From Cyanophora paradoxa CCMP329 (lineage: Eukaryota; Plantae; Glaucophyta): a stretch of DNA of 64,000 nucleotides. Position numbers and translations under genes: made by a program. The stretch lies in contig QPMI01000044.1 of NCBI GenBank assembly GCA_004431415.1, positions 1 through 64,000 on the forward strand. The letters are read 5' to 3'. This document shows positions 34,030 to 43,027 of the stretch, piece by piece. Positions within the stretch are counted from its first letter, which is position 1; every line of letters starts with the position of its first letter. Below the pieces are notes generated by a model that had not been told where the DNA came from, made no database searches, and was given only the letters and a program-made list of their open reading frames with translations.

Positions 34030-37000
34030 TTAATTAAAAGGAACAGAATTAATACCATCTGGTAAGATGTATCTCTTTGCATCAAAGCAGTTTAGGGCAA
34101 CCCTTCTACTCACAGTATCTATTATTGTGTGATCTGCCCTTCTTTTCTGCTTTGCAGTCACAGTCTTGCTGATACCTGCAAATAAACACTCCTTAAAATC
34201 ATTGAATTGGAGTTCCTCAGTGGAAGTCCCAGATAGCTTACTTCTCTCAATCTCAGCAGTTCTGAAACTGTAAACTTTGGCTCTCAGACCTACATACTCC
34301 AATATAGCAGAACCTGGCATCTCATTTTTGTATTTACCTGGGGTCATTCTGTTAGATCCCCCTAAGTCCAGATTAAAGGATATATTCTCTAGGTCTTTTT
34401 GGAGGGTCTGAGATTCGATATATAGACAAAAGGAATCAGTATCATGGAATAGTAACTTTGCTTTTGCCCACTGGGACCTTACAGTATCATAGAAGAACTT
34501 GTAGTTATGCAGTTTGGCAGTATCCAAAACATAAGCCCCAATAGCAACAGGCTTATCTAGCTTCACATGTTTTGTGTAAAACTCAAAGGCAACTGCCCTT
34601 TCACTTATGGGACTTGTTGATTTCACCAATGGGGAAGCTGCATATTTCATAAATAGCTTCTCAGTGTTGGCAATCTTAACCACAGATCGACCTCTACATG
34701 ATTCAATGCATTTCCCATAGATTGAATTATTCATGAGCTTATAGAAATCAGCCTCGAATTTATTCACTGCTTTCCTTCTCATATCAGTATTCAGCTCAAT
34801 GTAGGGTTTCATTACAGGAGCCACAGTAAATGATAGGACCCTGTGAACCTTCTTTAGTTTCACACCTTTAGCTAACATGTATTGTAGAAGAGGCTCAGAA
34901 ACTACATAGTTGGTCACAGAACCAAAGGTTGCAGTTAGCTTAGGGGTTTTATCAAGCTCTTCTCCTGAGAGATCCAATAGGCTTTTTTGATATTGTGATA
35001 ATTCGGCATATTCTACTATTTTCTTGTTAATAATTAGAGGGAAATCACTGTGATCTAGAAACAGCCTAATTGGGTAATCCAGATCAACTTCTAGGAAACT
35101 GGATCTGTTATCTTGTGGGTTGAATTCGGTCTCCCATCTAAAATCACCAACTGGGATTGGCTGACTCAAACAGTAGCCATACAAGTTGTTAGCATCAAAC
35201 AGCATAATATGGGAGTTCTCACCATCAGCCTCAGCATACCTACAAGGCATTGTTGCAAACCCACCCCTGATTCCCCTCTCAACAAATTCGTATTGCTCTA
35301 CATCACTTATAAGCTCTATTTTTGCCTTGGTGGTCCTAAGCATAGCATCCCAAGATAACCCTGGTGCAGATACATAATGAACTGGGTCAAGTCCATATAC
35401 TGAGTGTGAAAGCCTTCTAAATGCCTGGAATTTGTTCATTAACTCAGTCACATCAGCAGCTCCGAAATCCATGAAATTGCTTGCATCAATGAACTTGTAA
35501 AGACCCATTGCAATGAAAGGTATTGATCAAAGTTTTTCGAAAGGATTTCGATTCGCTTTTTATCACCCATGCCTGCTATTTTTCTGAAAATGAATGTCCC
35601 ACAGTCATCCATTTGATCAACAACAACTGCAACTTTGGTTTGCTTTGAGATTCTCCTATGGAGATTGCAGTTTCTGCATGCAGGGGCAATGTAATGACCT
35701 GTGTGGTGATCATGATCCCTGCATTTGAAGTTTTCCTTAGTGAACCTCTCACTGCAAAGGTAACAGTGTTTAGTAGCCTTGTAAATTGCTTTCTGCTCAT
35801 CTGTGAGTTCATTCATGGGAATATTGGTAAACAGGAAGTCAATTAGCTCTCTTGCTTTGGACTCCAAGCATTCAAACAGACCTCCCATTGGATCCTGACC
35901 TCAAATCGAAAATCTTGAGCATCTGCCCCAGTGACTACTCTGAGGTTGACTGCTGAGACTTCTCTCTTGGATTTTGATGCATCAATGGGGATGCTTCTAT
36001 GTTCAATCTTGCAGTAGACCACAACAGGAAGCCACACAGTTTTCCTAAGGTTTTTCAGTCCAAACTCTATTGTGGTCTCAGGCTTAGGAGTGATTCCCTT
36101 TGAGAGTCTCCAATCAATGCATCTATTTGAGTCCACATGAGCAGTGAGTTTAGCCTCAGACCTGAATCGAGATAAGCATTTGTCACAGTAGTGTAACTTC
36201 TGATCATTGTATGTTTCATGGTTTACTTTCAATAATCTTGAAAGGGACATGATTGTAATATAATGACCATTCCCTTCATCATCAAATATCAGCATGAGAT
36301 TAACCTTATGCTTTCTGCCTGGGTTACTTGATTGATGCAGGGGATAAATAACCTCTCCATCGATTCCAAATATATTAATGCTAATGCCTGCATTTTGAGC
36401 CTCGAATTTATCAATAATATCAGCATCACAGGCAACAGGGAATGGGATGTTATCGAAATTGAGAGCCAGCGGATTATAAGCGATTGCTGAGTATTTCCAT
36501 TTGCGATATTGTGAAAGCTCATTCCTCTTATGGGAGTTTATCGCTTTTCTGTGAATATATGCCAAAATTGCATTTTCGAAGCAGGAATCATCAATATTTC
36601 GAATATTTACTGTGGCTCTCTTCCTAGCAATCCACTCTGGGGTTTGTAGAAAGCATCCACCAGTTGGAGCATAACTCATAATAGCCACTCTGAGTATTTC
36701 AATTCTTTCTAAGCGATAGCTATCAACCACATTCATCTGCTCCTGACACATTTGGGCTGCTTTATTCAGCTCAGTTCGAATATTTCTCGACCTGGTTAAT
36801 ACAAAGTAATCACTGTAAATGTATTTCGATATCCAAACCTGTGGATTGCTCACTTTAACGAACTTGCAGATAAAAGACAAGCGAACCTTGATTGCCCTGA
36901 ATTGATCTAAACCCTGCTTTAATCGATTTGGAAGGGATGTAGCAATTCTATCCAGGAATTCAATCACATCTACAACAACTTCCCTTCTGGCTCTGTAAGT

Positions 37001-37147
37001 GAGCCAGCGATATAATTCATTCATGGCTGTTCCATCTTCTGCATCTGGTTCTATTTGCCTAAGCCTATCCAATTCATCCAAGGTTTCAATTTTATCATAT
37101 AGGTTATTTGCTTTTCTGGTTAATCTGCTTAAAGTGGGTCTGCCACT
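34030..37147 (-). CDS. Protein-primed family B DNA polymerase (adintovirus/Polinton type), split by two single-base frameshifts; N-terminus probably truncated
   Basis: ORFs 35843-37270, 35448-35888 and 34030-35508 join. Motifs VNIRNIDDSCF, a C2H2 finger (CDKC...H), CRDHDHHTG...ACRNCN, LDPVHYVSAPGLSWDAML, DANNLYG, KLMNNSIYGK, HDTDS and GLRAKVYS. Confidence 0.92.
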
Positions 37148-37149
37148 CG

Positions 37150-38700
37150 GCAGCTTCGTGCACGCGGGCGCGCGCAGGCGTACGCGAGGGCGATCATCGA
37201 CACCGGGCTTCGATACCGCCAGGGAGCCGCCTGCGCTGCCCCCGCGCGCTGCCCCACCGCCCCGTGGCACAGCCGCCCTGTCCGCACTAGCTATAGCACT
37301 TCAGCCAGATCTAGCGACCGCGGCGCCGGCCGCCGCTTAGAGACTGGAGACGTCGCTTAGGCCCTCGGCGCGCAGCCGAGTACGCCCTCATAGCTGCACG
37401 ACTGCATCGATATCGCTACTTTTAAGCCACGAATACCGCTCGCCGTCCCATGTCTGCGCATGCGACGACGTGGCCTGCCCCGACGGCGCTCGGCCTGCCC
37501 TCGCGGGGCGCTGTGCATATACCGTCCCGGGCGGCCCGTCGAGCGGCCAGGAAGAGACATGGCGCTTTTTAGTGTTGCTGCACTGGCAGCGTGCCTGCGC
37601 CACCGTTTCTCGCTTTTCCGCCGGCGCCGGGCCGCCATGGCGCGCGCGCGCCTCACTCTCCGCGTCCCAGGCCTCAGTTTCTTGCTCCATCGATCCACCC
37701 CCGCCCCCGCCTCGCCCCCGCCCCCGGCCCCCGTCGCCCGGCCCTCCCTGCCAGGCGGCGACCCGGGCGCCGGCTCTGGTCCACCTCCTCTCGGGCCCTG
37801 CGAATGCGGCGACCCCCCCCCCCCCCCCGCCCCCCGCCGGCATGCCCGTGGCCTCGGCCGCGGCCCCCGCCCTCCTGACCCTCCCGATCCCCGCGCCCGC
37901 GGTGTGCGGCAGCGCGACCCGTGGCCGCGTCGGCGGCGGCCACGGGGTGGGCCTCCCACCTTGACGACGGCGAACACTAGCAGAGACGGCCCCTGCGGCC
38001 GGGCGTCCTCATTTCCTTTTTGTATTCGGGCCTTCCCCTCCCTTCCTCCGTTCCGTTCCGTTCCTCAGCTAGCTATAGCGCCGCTAGCAGTACCTATTAT
38101 GTAGAGCCCCATCGAATTTTTAGATGAGCACGTCGACTACAAACTCATGTACATAGCCGTAGGGACCAGCCAGTGCTTATTTTCAGTCGATGTCCCACCT
38201 TGAGCTCGCCTCAACGACCACTAGTCTTTCCAGACGCCGCTCTAGCATTCCGGAGACGAGCACCTGGCGCCCGTTAGGGGGCGTCAGCTCTACTCGCCGC
38301 GTGGCGGACTAGGTTCGCGGGGCGGCCCCTGGCTGCCCTGACGCACCAGCCCTCTAGAGGGCGTCCCCATGCCCCGACGGGTCCGGTCCGGCACGCTTTT
38401 ATATATGCATACCTTGTAGATCTACGACATCGCCTCCGTTCATCCGTGCGATCGGTTTTCCACCTCGGTCTCTAGCACCAACACTTCTACATATACCTAT
38501 TCATAGTGGCCCCGCGCCCCCGCTGTCCGGGGCGGGCGCCAGTAGAGTAGCACGCCTCGGTCACGTAGATAGAGGTGTGCTTGAATAACGCGAACGACCC
38601 CGGCGGGGTCCCCTCCTGGAACGAGGCGGAAACATATCTAGATGCTCGGAGGCGGCGCTATATAAAACTCTCTGTTTTTTTCATCTAACTGTAAAAATTG
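37150..38700 (-). pseudogene. Degenerate GC-rich ORF remnant of unknown origin
   Basis: Protein-like reading (LVVVEASSRWDID*K*ALAGPYGYVHEFVVDVLI*KFDG) interrupted by stops that could derive from CAG/CAA/CGA; family not recognised. Confidence 0.25.
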
Positions 38701-38789
38701 GATAAGAAACCGCATTAACAATAGACTTGGTAACGATACTCATAAGATAGGTTCTTTTAAAAGGAATAAAAAGTTATGGGCTTTGGCCT

Positions 38790-41480
38790 CGCGCGCCTCC
38801 CTCAGGTACTCGAAGAGCCACGATCTGCAATCGAAATTTAGATTTGAACGAGGCGGAAACAGGTCTAGATCCAGAGGGTCGAGCTTGAATTCGAAGGCGG
38901 CGCGATCCTAAGAGTTTAAAGTGAACAGAAACGTTCGATTTCACCTGGGGGGAGTCCTCGCTGTAGCCCTCGCAGACGGTCGCCCGCGCGATGTCCTCCA
39001 CGTCCAGGGCCCTGGGGCGAGGTCAGCTGCAGGCCGGGCAGCTGCGGTCCAAGGCGAGCGGGAGCGCGAGCTGGAGGGCCACTGGGTCTAAGGGAGGTCA
39101 TGTCTAATGTCATGTGTCGGAGGGTCCTATAAGGTGCACGTGTCTAATATGTCTAATGTAAGGTCATGTCCTCCACGTCGAGGGTCCTAGAGACGGGAGG
39201 GGGGGGGGGGGGGGGGGGGGGGGGGAGCGAGCGAGCGCGGGCGTCAGTTTGGACGGCTGCAGTGCGGAGGCGCGAGCGAGCGGGAAATTAAAGCGGGCTG
39301 GGTGGAGGTCTAAGGGAGGTCATGATCATATCTAAGCGCGCGAAGGCGCGAGCGAGCGGGAGCGCGGGTGGGAGGCCCTAGGCCTAGGCCTAGGGAGGTC
39401 TGAGCGCGCCCGGAGGGAGCGCGGGGAGGTCTAAACGCCGGAGGCGAGCAGGCGAGCAGAGGGCCGAAGGGCGGTCTAAACCGCGCGCACTTCTGGCCCT
39501 CGACCATCTGCTTGATTAGATGGCTCTTCGCACTTCTTAGAGGCCTTTGGTTAGGCCCCAGGAATTAGCTAGCTTAGAATGAGCTCAGAATTAGCAGGAA
39601 TTAGTTAGGCCTGAAGCTACGCTTTGTCCATTGTTTTACCAACTCTACAATCTCGATTCCGTTTAGACACTCCGCCAGCTTCGACTTTCCCCTCTAGTGG
39701 TGTCCTACGTTTCGCCTCTCCTACTGTTCTACCGCCTTTGCCTCCTGCGACTACGTCTTCTAGTTCTGCTGTTAGCTCTGTCTTGTCGTCTTCGTCTAGA
39801 TCTTCGTCTTCGACTGTAGTTCCTCGTGCTCGTTCTCCTTATTTGCTGCGTCCCCGTGCTCCTCGTCGTTCTAGTGTGACTAGTACTTCTGCATCGACGC
39901 CCTTGAGCTCTTCTACTCCTTCTCCTCGTGCTCGTTCTCCTTATCTTTTGCGTTCTTCTGATCGTGTCCCTTCTCGTGATCCCTCTTGATTCTGTATATA
40001 TTTTGTGCTAGTTTACTGTATCTTTGATTTGTGATTGCTTTGTTGTCTTTAATATCACTACCTACGGGGGGTTCGCCCCACCGTAGTCTCTCAAAAAAAA
40101 AAAAAGAAGCTACGCTTAGCTTAGAATTGCTCCTTAGCGCACTTCTGGCCCTCGACCAATTGCTTGAGCTCGCGCGGCGTGAGGCTCGCCCGGTTGCGCA
40201 GGAAGTCGGCGGCGGCCGCCTTGAAACCCTCCCGAATCAGCCTCATCTGGTTATGGCCGACGTAAAGTAAATCAACCGAGAGCAACAGATCTAGATCTAG
40301 AGAAGCGCAGTCGGTCTGCCCACCTTCGACACGAAGCCGGTCGATTTGAAGTGCGCCCTCGCACTCAGCTCGATGTACTCGTTCTGCCGCGCATTGATCA
40401 TGAGAGCCAACAAACCAGTTTTCGGTTATTTAGGTATGGTCTACGCTATGCAATCAATTGGTATCTTCGAATTCGGCCCTTAAGAGACCGCCCAACGTCG
40501 ACGCGCCTTGTTCTCGGGGGTGACGCGCCTCTCCGCTCCGCCGGGCACGAGCTCCGCGCCGTCTCGGATCGACACGAAGTAGAACTCGCACGCGTCGCTC
40601 GCGTAGTCCGCCTCCTAAACAAGGACGAACGGCGTGAATCCGAAGCTACCTATAGCTACGCGAAGATGCGGAAATGCCGCGGAAATTGGCGGACCTTGAG
40701 GTTGCGGGCGAGGACCGGCTCGACCTCTTGGAGCAGCGTAAAGTCCGGCTCCCCGCGCTTGCCGAGGAGGTACGCGTAGAAGGGGGCGGGGAGGCTCAGC
40801 GGCAGGACGTGCTGCGGCTGTGCCGGGAGGGAGAGGCACATCCCCATCGCCCAGCCGCACAGCACGGCGACCCTGAGGACGAGGGCGTCAAGCGAGGAAA
40901 CAAGATTCCGAAACGGGTGCGTATACACACTCGCGCGGGACTTTGGCGTCCACGAGCCAGTGCAGCTCGCCGCCCTTGCCGCTGCCCGCGTCCTTCTCCT
41001 GGAACAAGCACAGCGCGCCAGCGCTCTGCGGCGGGTCGACGTCGCCGCCCCTGACGAGGCCCTCGGCCAGGAGGGAGAAGTACTCGGCGTTGACGCCCCT
41101 CCCGCCCCCGGCCTCCCTCCGCTCGAACGAGACGAACGAGACCTGGGAGAGGGGTGCGTGTCAGAGAGGGGCGGCGCAGGCGCGACGATAGAACTCGCAC
41201 GCCTTGAAGTCGTCTCTCCGGAGGCGCCGCCGGTCGGTCCACCGAGCCAATATTTTAATCAGAACGCGAATAACGACCCCCGCCCGCCCCGCCAACGACC
41301 CCCGCCCCCGGGATGGTCAGAAGGGGACACTGCTCGATTTTTCGAGTTTGCCTAGTGCTCTACCTTACCACTCTCACCTCAACCTGCCGCCCTACCGCCC
41401 GGCGCTCGCCGCCCGCGCCTCGAGAACGGGGGACGCCGCCGCTTCTCGAACGGAAGCACGCCTACCGCCTCCCCCACACC
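38790..41480 (-). pseudogene. HECT-domain E3 ubiquitin ligase exons (N-lobe to start of C-lobe), degenerate
   Basis: Ordered exons: LPFEKRR; VSF..EAGGGRGVNAEYFSLLAEGL; LPAPFYAYLLGK...EVEPVLARNL; ELVPGGAERRVTPENK; IREGF...ELKQLVEG; LDVEDIARATVCEGYSEDSPQ; WLFEYL. Contains stops and frameshifts and a retroelement insertion. Confidence 0.75.
39625..40105 (+). mobile_element. 5'-truncated non-LTR retrotransposon (LINE/SINE-like) 3' end
   Basis: 12-bp TSD gaagctacgctt (39613-39624 and 40106-40117), A13 tail (40093-40105), 3' stem-loop at 40062-40086, T-rich composition distinct from the flanks. Confidence 0.85.
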
Positions 41481-41784
41481 CGCGAGGGACCTAAATCCCT
41501 CGCTTCTATCCTAGGGCGCTCGCCGCCCGCCCCGCTCTTAGATCCACGGCCCCTAGATCTCGCCCCCCCCCTCCCCCCCCCCCCCCCCCCCTCCCCATCC
41601 CAAGCCCCAGCCTTGCCCTTTGACCCCGCCGCTGCCGGCGCTCCCTCTAAGCTTACGCTCCCTTTAAGCTTACGATCCCAACCTCCAGCTTTGGCCCTAG
41701 ACCTCGCCGCCCCTCTCGCCCCGCCCCAACCCCCCCGCATCTGACGCCGTACCCCCGGCCCCTTCCCCCCTCCCCTCCCCGCAG

Positions 41785-41874
41785 TGCTACTTCCCCCCCT
41801 ACGAGAGCAAGGAGCGGCTCGTTCGCATGTTTACGGAGGCCGTCGAGGGCTCCAGGACCTTCGAGCACGAGTAG
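41785..41874 (+). pseudogene. HECT C-terminal exon, on the strand opposite the other HECT exons
   Basis: After a pyrimidine tract and CAG: CYFPPYESKERLVRMFTEAVEGSRTFEHE*, matching the HECT end pattern LPPY.S.E.L...L..A(I/V)....F..E*. Confidence 0.7.
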
Positions 41875-43027
41875 CTTGTAATCAGCCGAGGTGCGAGCTC
41901 GAGCCTTGCTTGCTCGCCTAATTGTAATTATAAGCCGGAAATCGCCTGGCCAACTCTTAACTAACACTCCTCAGGTCTCAGGACCTTCGAACACGAGTAG
42001 GGAGAAAGCCTGAACTTGACAAGGCGTGGCGGTTGAGTTGAGGCTGGGCTAGGCCTGAGGACCTTCGAGCACGAGTAGGGCTGCAGGCTGCAGCCTGTTG
42101 CCTACGGCCCTTTTAAATTTGTCCTTTCAACCTTTCGTAGTCATTGTAACAGCCAGATTATATCCGCTAGATCTAATTGGGGGGCAGGGAACTTTCGGAA
42201 GGAGGGTGGCCGGGAAGGGTGGTAATGGCTCAGTGGGGCGCATGCAGAAGCTTCTATAATTAAGCTTAATTAAGCATGATATTGCGAAGACGTCGACATC
42301 GCCCCAGTGCGGACACCCAATTAAAAAATTAAGTACTGGTGATCATGAGCATGTGCAGTGCCACGGTGTGCATTCGAAGTATATATGCATACGTAGCTTA
42401 CAATGAATTCAAAGAAAAATCAGTACAGGCCACTGCTCGCGCGTACACGTAGGCGGAGCTCGATCGCGAATGCTAGCGCTATGTAAATGTCGGAGAGATT
42501 AAAAGAATTCGAATGCGAGCGGGCTGGCCCAGAGGGCTATTTATCTAATCGCGGCAGTAGAAAAGAACCATAAGCTGCTTGAATGGATACTAATTTATAT
42601 TATATAATTACGTCAGAAGATCAGATGTAGACGTACCCCTACTGATTCGTAAGGGATTTCATCTTGACTAAGCTATGTTCATAAAATGAAAAAAGCGCCT
42701 GAAGGCACCCGGATTGCGACTGCAGTATTATACTATGATAGACCTGTAATAACCCGCACTACTTGGCAACGAAAATACTAAAGGTAGTTATGCATTCCAA
42801 GTTGAAGCTAAAGACTCCCGAAATCATGTAGGAAACCAGAACTACAAGAACACAGCCCTGATACGACAGGGGCCGGGCGGCTGCGAGCCCATTACAAATA
42901 TGGCTCAAGACTACACTAAAACCGTGAACGCGAGCGAAAGAATAGTTTACAGGGACGCAACTGGCGCGAGCGGCCCCCGGCGGAGGGTTTCCGGCGCCGC
43001 GGCGGGCCTCTCGCCGAGGGGCATCGA

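Larger units (their letters stand above)
31062..37147 (-). mobile_element. Polinton/Maverick/adintovirus-like element fragment (pPolB, rve integrase and a repeat-rich non-coding end); probably truncated at the right end
   Basis: Sharp drop in GC content at both ends, intronless ORFs, pPolB and DDE integrase motifs. No capsid, ATPase or protease gene was seen, and no matching right TIR or TSD was found. Confidence 0.88.

Noticed and set aside
35495-35905. Programmed ribosomal frameshifting in pPolB
   Set aside because: No canonical slippery heptamers, and similar indels occur in host genes
37148-37270. GC-rich N-terminal extension of the pPolB ORF
   Set aside because: Composition switches abruptly at ~37147, so this is probably open-frame flanking DNA at a truncation junction
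41249-41260. atattttaatc as a possible right-hand TIR of the element
   Set aside because: Only 11 AT-rich bases match, with no extension and no TSD
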